Virus record (IMG/VR): IMGVR_UViG_3300014838_000016
Coordinates: 23,699-87,698 of that record
Reading direction: 5' to 3' (one strand)
Length of the DNA: 64,000 bases
Source of the DNA: a virus
Both the position numbers and the translations under genes were made by a program. Each line of letters starts with the position of its first letter. Position 1 is the stretch's first letter. Positions 28,855 through 37,406 of this stretch are shown here, in pieces. A model generated the notes under the pieces. That model was not told the origin of the DNA. It saw only the letters and a program-made list of their open reading frames with translations, and ran no database searches.

Positions 28855-29135
28855 ATTTTACAAGCTTAAGGTCGGGCTCCCCCGTGAGCACGCACCCGAT
28901 GTACGGAGCCGAAGCAGCGTGGAACGGGGAGATAACGCTCCGATTAAGTTTGCAAGAAGGACCTCGCGGATGAGTTGTAGCGTTTAGCTGCTACGACTGG
29001 AGAGCTATGAGCACTGCGCCCGCCCATTGGGACCTACATCGCTGTAACTGGAAAACCGGTGCTGCTGGCGTTCAATGGTTTTGTCGAGGGAATCACCATA
29101 GGTCCGCCGATTGCGAGTGGGAACTCGCCACTGGA
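28855..29135 (+). ncRNA. candidate structured non-coding RNA (unassigned family)
   Basis: GC-rich intergenic block after an AT-rich promoter-like stretch; stems 28858-69/28944-55, 28973-81/28990-98, 29030-36/29099-105 and 29113-18/29123-28. Confidence 0.55.
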
Positions 29136-29147
29136 AATTTGGAAACG

Positions 29148-29312
29148 ATGAAATCCATCGACCTTTACGATATGCCGATTGACCTGCAACCTGTTCCCAA
29201 AGATTTAACTCCCGAGCAGGTTCGCAGGGAAGTCATCCAAGACTGCATCAAAACCCTCCAACAAAACTGCGATTATTTCGGTGTCTCGCTCCTCCGCGAT
29301 CTACTTGGCTAA
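29148..29312 (+). CDS. hypothetical protein, paralogue of 2358..2564
   Basis: Near-collinear alignment to 2358..2564. Confidence 0.75.
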   Translation: MKSIDLYDMPIDLQPVPKDLTPEQVRREVIQDCIKTLQQNCDYFGVSLLRDLLG

Positions 29313-29326
29313 ATTGAGGGTTTCTG

Positions 29327-29352
29327 GTTGCATTTTCCCGTTGCATTTTCCC
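29327..29352 (+). repeat. 13-bp tandem duplication overlapping a -35-like TTGCAT
   Basis: GTTGCATTTTCCC twice, upstream of TGGTATTAT and ATG 29376. Confidence 0.85.
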
Positions 29353-29375
29353 GTAGATGTGGTATTATCTTTTAT

Positions 29376-29567
29376 ATGCCTAAGCTTATAAAACGGAAGA
29401 TTAAGAAAAACGGAAAAGCCGTCACGATCAAGATTTGGAAAGACGGAGCGGACGGCACGGGTGTAACGCTGCCGTACACATGCGGTTTCTGTAGCGGGCC
29501 TAACAACGAGGTTCACTTCCGATCCCGCCGTCAGCGTAACGACCATACGCAACATTGTCCTAAATAG
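29376..29567 (+). CDS. small basic zinc-finger-like protein, leaderless
   Basis: CGFC...H...HC; ATG 7 nt after TATTAT. Confidence 0.6.
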   Translation: MPKLIKRKIKKNGKAVTIKIWKDGADGTGVTLPYTCGFCSGPNNEVHFRSRRQRNDHTQHCPK

Positions 29568-29715
29568 CGTGGCTAGACTATAAACCCTGACTATGTGTCC
29601 ATGCTGAGTCTAAGGTTGGGGGCCACAATAAATTAGTGCGGGTGGTGATAGGGTCATCGGATACTTCTTTCATTGCAGAGAGTGCCCGAAAGGGCTACCC
29701 CGATCCCGCTTGTTC
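29568..29715 (+). ncRNA. candidate structured RNA or cis-regulatory element(s)
   Basis: GTGGC/GCCAC, TAGACT/AGTCTA, GCGGG/CCCGC stems and a GCCC-GAAA-GGGC hairpin. Confidence 0.4.
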
Positions 29716-29740
29716 CCCCGCCGTAATTTCTGGAGCTTCG

Positions 29741-29968
29741 ATGAAGCCATTGAGTATTGACGCCGCCATCGATCAGATCGAAACAGCCCTATTCGACCAA
29801 GGCGAGCCCGGGTGTGTGGATACGGAGTGGGGCGAATTGGTCATCAACTCCATTGGTCGCATTCGCCTGAAAGCGATCCTCAAACGCCTCCGTGTGGGGT
29901 ACATCAAGCATACCCCCATCGAAGACATGGACCCCAGAGCCGTCGCCCTCCGACGTAAAAAGCGATGA
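29741..29968 (+). CDS. hypothetical protein
   Basis: GGAG SD before ATG 29741. Confidence 0.65.
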   Translation: MKPLSIDAAIDQIETALFDQGEPGCVDTEWGELVINSIGRIRLKAILKRLRVGYIKHTPIEDMDPRAVALRRKKR

Positions 29969-30399
29969 GAACGCTAAAGCTAGGATTCACTGGCACTAGC
30001 AGAGGAATGACCTCTGGGCAAAAGGTCAGAGTTAAAGAACTCCTGTCACAAATCAAACTAGATCATCCTTCTGCAATCCTCGAATTTCATTTTGGACTTT
30101 GTATAGGGGCTGATGAGCAGGCCGCTAAAATTGCAAAGGGTCTGGGGTTTTATATCATAGCCCATCCGGGTTACAGTCCTCGTAACCGCGAAGGTAGGAT
30201 GTTTCGATCTGAATTTGATGGAAATGACGAAGTTCGTGAAGAAAAGCCGTTCTTAAAACGTGATGAAGATATCGTGAACGAGGTCGATGAGATGATTGCT
30301 ACACCAGTGTCCAAAGAAGAGGAGATCAGATCAGGAACTTGGACGACGATAAGATTTGCTAGGCGTAGAAACAGGCCCATAGAAATCGTGTACCCATAG
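29965..30399 (+). CDS. SLOG-fold (DprA/YspA-like) nucleotide-binding protein
   Basis: LGFTGTSRG, GLCIGADE, KRDEDIV and RSGTWTTIRFA motifs. Confidence 0.75.
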   Translation: MRTLKLGFTGTSRGMTSGQKVRVKELLSQIKLDHPSAILEFHFGLCIGADEQAAKIAKGLGFYIIAHPGYSPRNREGRMFRSEFDGNDEVREEKPFLKRDEDIVNEVDEMIATPVSKEEEIRSGTWTTIRFARRRNRPIEIVYP

Positions 30400-30458
30400 T
30401 TAGTTGATTTTACGATGTACCCAAAACCGTTTAGTCATATCAAAGTCGATTCCATCTA

Positions 30459-31055
30459 ATGGAGCTTAAGTACAATCCGAAAGAGCCCACCAGCAAGAAG
30501 GGGACGCCCCGCGAGATGTTCATGAATTGGGCCGGCTGGTTCCCGCACCCTGAGCTTGATCGGGACATTCAACTTCATCCACGGGCTTTGACTGAAACCG
30601 AGCAAAAAACCGTCCAATCCCTACCTCCGATACCCCCTGCCGATAAGTATTTCATTCCAAACGGCATTTCCCTAGCCGAATTCCACCGCCATCGGGTAGA
30701 ATGTAGTGGGGGATCAATACTGGAAGCTCTCATAGGACACGTGACCCGCGATCAACTTATTCAGGTCGGAGCTACCGACAACGGCAAGGCATTAGCCCGC
30801 AGGAAGCCACTGGACGGCATCATCGCCTTCATCTGGCGGTACGCTCAGTATCACAGCGGGCAGGCCGCAGGCATCCCTGTGACGGCATTTTGGGATTTGG
30901 ACGACGGTATCAGCCGCTTGACGGGTGGTCTGGGCGGGGTAAGTGAGGAAGTGGTTGAGTTTCTGGAACAGAAGGCTCATGAGCTTGTGGAGATTACAGG
31001 CGGCGAGAAGAACGTCGCCGCACTTCGCTGGGCTCGTACCATGGGGAGGGTTTAG
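30459..31055 (+). CDS. hypothetical protein
   Basis: 198-aa ORF. Confidence 0.7.
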   Translation: MELKYNPKEPTSKKGTPREMFMNWAGWFPHPELDRDIQLHPRALTETEQKTVQSLPPIPPADKYFIPNGISLAEFHRHRVECSGGSILEALIGHVTRDQLIQVGATDNGKALARRKPLDGIIAFIWRYAQYHSGQAAGIPVTAFWDLDDGISRLTGGLGGVSEEVVEFLEQKAHELVEITGGEKNVAALRWARTMGRV

Positions 31056-31303
31056 TGATCGTTAAAGTCTATCCGACGCATGATAATCGATGGGGGCTCT
31101 TCCTCATTGACGAAGACAAAATGTTTTTGGTGGGCGTGTCGAAGCACAGCTTCGATGTCGATCTAGCGGCTGAGCGGTTGGGGAAAGTCCTGCGAGGAAT
31201 GAGCGAGGACCCGAGTCAAATCGTAGTTGACCACGCCGCCGCAGATCGTGCGGAGATTATGGCGTACCATGAAGCCGCCAAGAAAGAAGGGAAAAAGAAA
31301 TGA
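31055..31303 (+). CDS. hypothetical protein
   Basis: Coupled ORF. Confidence 0.65.
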   Translation: MIVKVYPTHDNRWGLFLIDEDKMFLVGVSKHSFDVDLAAERLGKVLRGMSEDPSQIVVDHAAADRAEIMAYHEAAKKEGKKK

Positions 31304-31770
31304 GATACGCAACGAACTTCGTTGATGACGCACAGAAAATACAACGTGAATACTATCTCGGAAATATTCAACACGACACGGCCATTGTGATGATGAGCGA
31401 ACTCATGCGACATCACGGGGTCATCGCCGAAAATGAAGTTTTGGTGGAGATTCCCGAGTGCTTCCGCTCCGCACCGCAGACGGGGTTCGTCGGAGAGTTT
31501 ACGGTTCGCCAGAAAGATTCCCCCTACACGTGGAAGCGTAGTTTCGCTCGCAACATGCCGATACCGCAACATATTCGTATTAAAGAAATTTCTTCTACGG
31601 ATGTTGAATTGATTCGTCGTTCGTATACTTCCCCCGCACTTCGGAAATTTGCAGCCTCGCCCCCGTTATCGGAAGAACAACGGAAGTTTTTCTGTGCTTA
31701 CGAAAAACAACTATCGGTACCATCTGTAGACGAAGGGGAGTCTACAGATGAGGAATTCAAAACAAAATAA
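31300..31770 (+). CDS. hypothetical protein
   Basis: ATGA overlap. Confidence 0.6.
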   Translation: MRYATNFVDDAQKIQREYYLGNIQHDTAIVMMSELMRHHGVIAENEVLVEIPECFRSAPQTGFVGEFTVRQKDSPYTWKRSFARNMPIPQHIRIKEISSTDVELIRRSYTSPALRKFAASPPLSEEQRKFFCAYEKQLSVPSVDEGESTDEEFKTK

Positions 31771-32299
31771 CTCGAAATATTACGCCGTCCATCGTGAGGA
31801 AATACTTGCTAAAGGGCGGGCGCGGTACCACGCTAATCATGAAAAATCTCTTGCGAGGAATAAGAAAAATCGCGAGGAGAACAGAGAGTATTTTCGTGAG
31901 TACGGTCGAACGTCGAGGGTCAAGCTTAGAAAGCAGTGTATTGAGCATTACGGTGGTAAATGTGTTTGCTGCGGCGAAACGACCTACGAGTTTTTAGCAT
32001 TCGATCATAAGAACAACGACGGCAATAAACAACGAGAAGAGACTAAGGTTTTGGGTTCTGGGTTTGTACGTTGGTTAATAGACAACAATTTCCCCGATGA
32101 TATTCAAATTTTGTGTCATAATTGCAATTGTGCGAGGGGATGGTACGGAACGTGCCCCCATCAACGAGTGAGGTCAAATGAAAACAATCATGATGATTCG
32201 CTGCTACAAGCAGAACGGGCACAAAGCATGGATCGCACTTCGCAACGTGGGCGATCATTACGACATCCTGATGGGAGTGATCCAGATCAACGAGGCTGA
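31748..32299 (+). CDS. HNH-type homing endonuclease
   Basis: YGGKCVCCGE...LAFDHKNNDG...QILCHNCN...CPH; AT-richer DNA. Confidence 0.8.
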   Translation: MRNSKQNNSKYYAVHREEILAKGRARYHANHEKSLARNKKNREENREYFREYGRTSRVKLRKQCIEHYGGKCVCCGETTYEFLAFDHKNNDGNKQREETKVLGSGFVRWLIDNNFPDDIQILCHNCNCARGWYGTCPHQRVRSNENNHDDSLLQAERAQSMDRTSQRGRSLRHPDGSDPDQRG

Positions 32300-32450
32300 T
32301 CCTCAGGTCAGCATCAAACCTAACGGCAAAACCATCACGACGCTGGTGGAAGCCCTCGTGGACTTCAAGGCTCGCTGCAATTTCTACGTCGAGAGTGGCT
32401 GGCAGGCCGACTCCATATTCCAGAAACTCATGGACGGGTTAATCTCATGA
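32178..32450 (+). CDS. hypothetical protein
   Basis: GAGG SD; overlapped by the HNH C-terminal tail. Confidence 0.65.
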   Translation: MKTIMMIRCYKQNGHKAWIALRNVGDHYDILMGVIQINEADPQVSIKPNGKTITTLVEALVDFKARCNFYVESGWQADSIFQKLMDGLIS

Positions 32451-32680
32451 AGTTCATTGTTGACAATGGTCCGTGGGTAATCGCTGCTGTCGTTTGGCTT
32501 TTCATGCTGGGCATCATCGAGGCTCCGACCCCTAAGCTCCTCAGGATAAAACGCATCGTCGGCTACACCGTTATCACCCTGTGGATATGGGGAGCGATGA
32601 TTTCGGGGCTATACGTCAACCAGCAACCCCCCGTTATTCAACAACATATCGACCCTCCCGCTCGCTGGTGGAAGGGCTGA
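32447..32680 (+). CDS. small two-helix membrane protein
   Basis: Two hydrophobic segments. Confidence 0.65.
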   Translation: MKFIVDNGPWVIAAVVWLFMLGIIEAPTPKLLRIKRIVGYTVITLWIWGAMISGLYVNQQPPVIQQHIDPPARWWKG

Positions 32681-32684
32681 AATT

Positions 32685-32716
32685 CCTAGCGATTTTCCCA
32701 GTTTTCTTGGTATAAT
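32685..32716 (+). promoter_or_regulatory. conserved phage promoter (leadered copy) heading the def-pnk-rnl run
   Basis: CCTA 32685, TATAAT 32711, GGAGG SD, ATG 32733. Confidence 0.75.
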
Positions 32717-32732
32717 AGGGCTGGAGGGACCT

Positions 32733-33077
32733 ATGTACACAGGGAAAATTATCAACGATGGCGTCATTAAGGACGTTGACCGCGTGGTCACCAACGGCAA
32801 GGGTAAAAGGCTTGATCTATACGCGAGCCTCAAAATGGTGAACCACTCCCCCACTGGGTTTTGTTGGGGCTACGGCGGCAGCGGTCCCGCTCAGCTTGCT
32901 CTCGCGATCCTGCTCGATCACTTTGACGGTGACAAGGAACGCGCTTTGTCCCTATATCAGGATTTCAAGTCCAAGGTCATCGCCGATCTGCCGATGGACA
33001 GCGATTTCGTTCTGACGGATGAACAGATCGAGAGTGCCATCAGTGAGATCGACGTGGAACGGATGAAAATCGCGTAA
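32733..33077 (+). CDS. DUF6166-like protein
   Basis: NHSPTGFCWGYGGSGPAQLALAILL. Confidence 0.8.
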   Translation: MYTGKIINDGVIKDVDRVVTNGKGKRLDLYASLKMVNHSPTGFCWGYGGSGPAQLALAILLDHFDGDKERALSLYQDFKSKVIADLPMDSDFVLTDEQIESAISEIDVERMKIA

Positions 33078-33478
33078 TGCCCGTCAAATTGCCATTGGCG
33101 AAAGTAGTGGCGTTGCGGAATCCGTACTCCGACTGTCCATGGGGACATTCCCCGATTCGCCCGTGGGAGATACGGAAGGCGATAGCGGAAAAGAGGCTCC
33201 GAGCCAAGCTAACGGATGGCTGGAGTGGTAACTTTTCGAGGAAAGAAAACATCGAGCGGATCGCTTACTTCGCAGTGCGAGGTTGGCGTACCGCAGTCGC
33301 GATTGATGTGGGGGTGCCCGGATTGAGTTTCTTCGAGCCGGGCCTAACTGACGGATACCATCGATTGTCGGCGGCGATGTTTCGGAAGGATTCTCATATT
33401 CGAGCAATCGTGGATGGCGACTTAAACTTCGCCTTCGAATTGTTCGGGGTTAACTGCGAGGAAAAGCATGGCCGATAA
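33077..33478 (+). CDS. ParB/Srx-like domain protein
   Basis: LTDGYHRLSAA motif. Confidence 0.65.
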   Translation: MPVKLPLAKVVALRNPYSDCPWGHSPIRPWEIRKAIAEKRLRAKLTDGWSGNFSRKENIERIAYFAVRGWRTAVAIDVGVPGLSFFEPGLTDGYHRLSAAMFRKDSHIRAIVDGDLNFAFELFGVNCEEKHGR

Positions 33479-34058
33479 ATTGATCGTGCGGTATTGGGAT
33501 GATCCAGTCCTGTCCACCCTTTGCGATGCGGTGGACGATAGCGAGTTCGGCCCGCAGTTGGGCGAGTTCGCAGTCTCGTTGCTGACAGCAATGGGCGATA
33601 GAAATGGTGTTGGTCTGGCGGCTCCGCAGGTGGGCATCACTAAGCGTATTTTTGCCATGTGTTTCCCTGACGACGAAGAAGTCAATCGTCGGTGGTCCGT
33701 CGCCGGACTACCAGCTAAAGTGAGGAAGGCAATCGTCGTGTGCAATCCGACGCTGGTATTTGAGGGCAAAACGGTGTATGCTCGTGAAGGTTGCCTATCG
33801 TTACCCGGGATTCATGAACAGGTCTCCCGAGCCCAGACCGTAACGATGCAGTATCAGCAGACGGATGGCGTAGCGAAAGAAATCGTACTGACGGACATCA
33901 ATGCCCGAGTCGCACAGCATGAGTTCGATCACTTGAACGGCATCATGTTCTTCAACTACACGGACAAGCGTCCGCAGTACGGGACACGGATGTCAAAGCA
34001 GGTGAGCAAGCAAGTCCTGCGGGATTGGGAAAAGGAAAGATCGAAACGGGGTATCTAA
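33468..34058 (+). CDS. def: peptide deformylase
   Basis: GVGLAAPQVG, EGCLS and QHEFDHLNG motifs. Confidence 0.96.
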   Translation: MADKLIVRYWDDPVLSTLCDAVDDSEFGPQLGEFAVSLLTAMGDRNGVGLAAPQVGITKRIFAMCFPDDEEVNRRWSVAGLPAKVRKAIVVCNPTLVFEGKTVYAREGCLSLPGIHEQVSRAQTVTMQYQQTDGVAKEIVLTDINARVAQHEFDHLNGIMFFNYTDKRPQYGTRMSKQVSKQVLRDWEKERSKRGI

Positions 34059-34059
34059 C

Positions 34060-34284
34060 ATGGGTAGGTACGACTACTGGGGACAGGAAAACAGTCTGGA
34101 TTTCGATCACCCGCATCTGACGCTGTTCGTAGGTGATGGCGTGGCGGTGATCGTGGGTAGCAAGACGTATCGCGGTACGCTGATGTTTGACGTAGATCGT
34201 TGGTATGTCAAGATCGCTGGCGTTGAGCCGGGAGAACCCGATGAGGTTGTGATCGTCGGCGGCAGAGGAATTGCAAAGCTCTAA
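34060..34284 (+). CDS. hypothetical protein
   Basis: ORF within the operon. Confidence 0.6.
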   Translation: MGRYDYWGQENSLDFDHPHLTLFVGDGVAVIVGSKTYRGTLMFDVDRWYVKIAGVEPGEPDEVVIVGGRGIAKL

Positions 34285-34293
34285 AGGGATAAT

Positions 34294-34506
34294 ATGATAC
34301 TGCCTTGTGGATGCCCGCCGCCAGCCCCAGAGACATTCTGGACGCTGTTTCATGATTTAGCTCATTGGGAGTTCGAAATATTCCTGATGCTGATATTCGA
34401 CGGCATCATCGGTGCGGGCGTTATCGGCTTCTGTTGGCCGCGTGTCAAGAAGCACTGGAAGCATCATCTCGAAAGAGATAAAGAAGAGGGAAAGAATGGG
34501 CACTAA
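34294..34506 (+). CDS. small membrane protein
   Basis: AHWEFEIFLMLIFDGIIG hydrophobic segment. Confidence 0.65.
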   Translation: MILPCGCPPPAPETFWTLFHDLAHWEFEIFLMLIFDGIIGAGVIGFCWPRVKKHWKHHLERDKEEGKNGH

Positions 34507-35191
34507 GATTGAAATGCGGGTGAGAGATGCAGAGATAACGATCCTCCACGCTGAGGGGTTTGCATCTCGGCATATCGCCGATAAACTGGGGCTTGCCCTG
34601 CATATTATTCAGCAGCGATTAAAAGTTTTGGGATTAAATTCTAACCCGTACCACCATCAAATTATCATCAAGGATGATGGTTCGGTGGATTGCTCAAAGT
34701 GTGGTAAAAATTTACGTCTCGTAGACTTACCTATGCAGGTCCGCAAGAAGCATAGCTATAGATTGTCATACTGCCGAGATTGTCGCACCAATCAGACCAA
34801 GGCGGTTTTGGCGGGTGGTTTTGATTCGTGGGCGGCACAAAAATTCAGTAACGTTAAAAGTAGTGCTAAGCGGAGAGGAATTCCGTTCACGATTACCAAG
34901 GAAGAGATTTATCGTTTGTTTGAAAAGCAATCTGGAAAGTGCTTTTACACTGGCGTAGAGATGACGCTGCACGTCCAACGCGGGTGGAGCCCAGCCGCAC
35001 TCTCATGGGATCGCGTGCGTTCAGTAGAAGGGTATGTAAGCGGAAACGTGGTGCTCTGCACAGCGCGAGCTAATGCCATTAAGCGTGATATGACGTTAGA
35101 AGAAATGCGGGAATGGATGCCCCATTGGTACGCTAGGGTCGTACAGTTCATGGAGGAAGGCGATGGGCGATTTTACAGAGCAACGGTTTGA
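34496..35191 (+). CDS. HTH + Zn-finger + HNH-like endonuclease (paralogue of 38550..39167)
   Basis: KQSGKCFYTG...SWDRV....GYVSGNVVLC....N..K. Confidence 0.8.
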   Translation: MGTKIEMRVRDAEITILHAEGFASRHIADKLGLALHIIQQRLKVLGLNSNPYHHQIIIKDDGSVDCSKCGKNLRLVDLPMQVRKKHSYRLSYCRDCRTNQTKAVLAGGFDSWAAQKFSNVKSSAKRRGIPFTITKEEIYRLFEKQSGKCFYTGVEMTLHVQRGWSPAALSWDRVRSVEGYVSGNVVLCTARANAIKRDMTLEEMREWMPHWYARVVQFMEEGDGRFYRATV

Positions 35192-36251
35192 TTATTCCGC
35201 TGGGCGTAAAGATGCCCCCGAGTTAGTCATCATGGTTGGCATTAGTGGATCAGGTAAATCCACGATTGCCAATAGCCGAGTGAATAGGGGGCGGGGTAAT
35301 GTTGTGCGCCTGAACAGGGATAGTTTACGTGCTATGCTTTACGCCGATGTTCCATGGAGTTCCAAGCTCGAAACCTTGACTCGTACTTTAGAGCGGGAAG
35401 CCGCTAGGCTGGCTTTGCAAATGGGAAAGGATTGTGTAATTGATGACACCAATTGTCATCGAAATGTTCGCCAGAAATGGGAAGAGTTTGCGGTCGAGCA
35501 GAAGGTCAAGTTGTGTTTCTTGGTGATGGATGTTCCGTTGAAGGAGTGTGTTGAGCGGGACATTGCACGTGGAGTTCCTTGCCCAACCTGCGGGACACCG
35601 AAGGGTGTTATGGTTGGTGAAGTAATCATCCGCCGCCAGTACAAGGATTTGACGAGTTTCAATATGAGCAATCGAGACAACACGCCGCCGACCGCACCAA
35701 CCCGAGCTTGGATGGAGCGGCAGGCCCTATTGAAGGGTGGGTTCGTACCCCGTCTCGTGGGGCGTCCATGGGTGCTCGTGGATGTTGATGGGACACTTGC
35801 CGACCATACGGGGGTGAGAGGGCCATTTGAAGAACATAAAGTCCTGCTCGATAATCCTTACTCCGTAGTCGTTGAGTGGGTCAGGGCTTTATACCCATCC
35901 CATAATGTTTGCGTGGTTTCTGGGAGGCATGACTTTTGCGGGGATGATACGGTGGAATGGCTGGAGGGACACGCCGTTCCTTTTGACCATATACTCATGC
36001 GACACAATGGCGATAATCGTTCTGACGTAATTGTCAAACAGGAGATTCTTGATGAGCTTGCAGCAGTGATCGGCAAAGAAAATATTGCCTTCGCCATTGA
36101 CGATAGACCCCGTGTCGTGACTATGTGGAGGAACAACGGGGTCAAAGTATATCCCGTGCGCGGCACCACGGAACATTCGTCAAGCTGTACCCCCGACTAC
36201 GACTCGAAGCTACGGGTCTGTGTAAACTGTGGGGCTTTAGCGGATTTTTAG
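35163..36251 (+). CDS. pseT: polynucleotide 5'-kinase / 3'-phosphatase (T4 PseT-like Pnkp)
   Basis: GISGSGKST, NRDSLR and IDDTN kinase motifs; DVDGTLA, SGR, K and DDR HAD motifs. Confidence 0.93.
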   Translation: MGDFTEQRFDYSAGRKDAPELVIMVGISGSGKSTIANSRVNRGRGNVVRLNRDSLRAMLYADVPWSSKLETLTRTLEREAARLALQMGKDCVIDDTNCHRNVRQKWEEFAVEQKVKLCFLVMDVPLKECVERDIARGVPCPTCGTPKGVMVGEVIIRRQYKDLTSFNMSNRDNTPPTAPTRAWMERQALLKGGFVPRLVGRPWVLVDVDGTLADHTGVRGPFEEHKVLLDNPYSVVVEWVRALYPSHNVCVVSGRHDFCGDDTVEWLEGHAVPFDHILMRHNGDNRSDVIVKQEILDELAAVIGKENIAFAIDDRPRVVTMWRNNGVKVYPVRGTTEHSSSCTPDYDSKLRVCVNCGALADF

Positions 36252-36263
36252 ACGGAGGACACA

Positions 36264-36500
36264 ATGAAACACATGGCTGCTAATCTTATGGTGGATATGT
36301 CGCATCGCAACCGTTCGGAGAACACAATGAAACCTGCAATAGCTGAACTCGTGGCTGATCTCAGAAAAGAGTTCGATGAGTTGGTCGAAGTGCTCGAAGG
36401 CGACGGCTTCTGCACGAAGCGGGAGTGCATGTGCGATCATGCGAAGCCCGTGGTGAAGATGAACGATCTCATCACGAAGCTGGAGCAGGAGGCAAACTGA
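36264..36500 (+). CDS. hypothetical protein with two in-frame duplicated start sites
   Basis: CGGAG(G/A)ACACAATGAAAC at 36253 and 36316. Confidence 0.6.
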   Translation: MKHMAANLMVDMSHRNRSENTMKPAIAELVADLRKEFDELVEVLEGDGFCTKRECMCDHAKPVVKMNDLITKLEQEAN

Positions 36501-36892
36501 TGGGGTACATGATCCTCAAGCTGAATGACGGTAAGCGGGATTTCTACATCGAATGGTCAACGCACACTGATGCCCCGCGAACCTTCGGCATGACGCTGAA
36601 TGAGTTCACCGCGTTCTACCGTGACGAGTACGGTCGCAGTAGCATGTTGGAGTTTCAGGAGCGGATGGAACGGGTCGAAGCGAAAGGGACTTCCGACTAC
36701 TGCGAGGAGTCTGTGGATGAGACTATCGCCCGCAATCATGCAGGCAAGGATGGCACCTGCCTGACGAAGGAACAGATCATCAAGGTTTACTGCCACGAAC
36801 GTCAGAAGCCCGTAACGGAAGAGGGTGTTGACCCGTGGGCTGAGGAAAAGGCCGCAGAAGCGGCAATGGAAGCACGCAGAGGAGTAATCTGA
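36500..36892 (+). CDS. phage hypothetical protein
   Basis: YIEWST..DAP...RMERVEAKGTS...N.AG motif; coupled. Confidence 0.7.
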   Translation: MGYMILKLNDGKRDFYIEWSTHTDAPRTFGMTLNEFTAFYRDEYGRSSMLEFQERMERVEAKGTSDYCEESVDETIARNHAGKDGTCLTKEQIIKVYCHERQKPVTEEGVDPWAEEKAAEAAMEARRGVI

Positions 36893-37191
36893 TGTTGTGT
36901 TGGGGTGGTAATTCCAAGGAAACGTCGATCACTGTCGCGATGCAGCCGAACCTGTTTCAGCGAGGCGATAAGATTCGGGTCAGCGGGTTTGTGAACAGTA
37001 ATAACGGTTTGTTCGTAGTCAGGCGTGCGATGGGCACGAGCTACATCGTGCAGCCTGCCGATTGGTGGGATTATCTCACGCATTACGCCTCGAAGTTCTG
37101 GAACGAAGTGCAGTGGAAGTTTTGGGGCGTGGTCAACAATCTGGAGGATGTATGGAACCGACTGCTGGAAAAACTAAAGCGATTACGCTGA
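36892..37191 (+). CDS. hypothetical protein
   Basis: Coupled ORF. Confidence 0.6.
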   Translation: MLCWGGNSKETSITVAMQPNLFQRGDKIRVSGFVNSNNGLFVVRRAMGTSYIVQPADWWDYLTHYASKFWNEVQWKFWGVVNNLEDVWNRLLEKLKRLR

Positions 37192-37406
37192 TCGTTCTCG
37201 CATTTTCGATGCTGCTCATGACGGGGTGCCAGATGAACTCTGCACCAAGGGGGTTGAAGGGCGGCGACATCACATATTTTCGTGACAGCCGAACGGACTT
37301 GTGTTTCGCGGCAATCAACAGCAATGCTTCGGGGTACAACGTCACCAGCATCACGAACGTGCCCTGCACTGATTTGGTCAACAAGGCAATAGCTGGAGGA
37401 TCGTAA
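37152..37406 (+). CDS. small lipoprotein
   Basis: GGAGG SD; signal peptide with LMTG-C lipobox. Confidence 0.7.
   Translation: MEPTAGKTKAITLIVLAFSMLLMTGCQMNSAPRGLKGGDITYFRDSRTDLCFAAINSNASGYNVTSITNVPCTDLVNKAIAGGS

Noticed and set aside
28885-28925. Firm call as SRP (4.5S) RNA
   Set aside because: GAAGCAG is present, but the opposing CAGG and the GNRA tetraloop are not. Kept only as an unassigned ncRNA.
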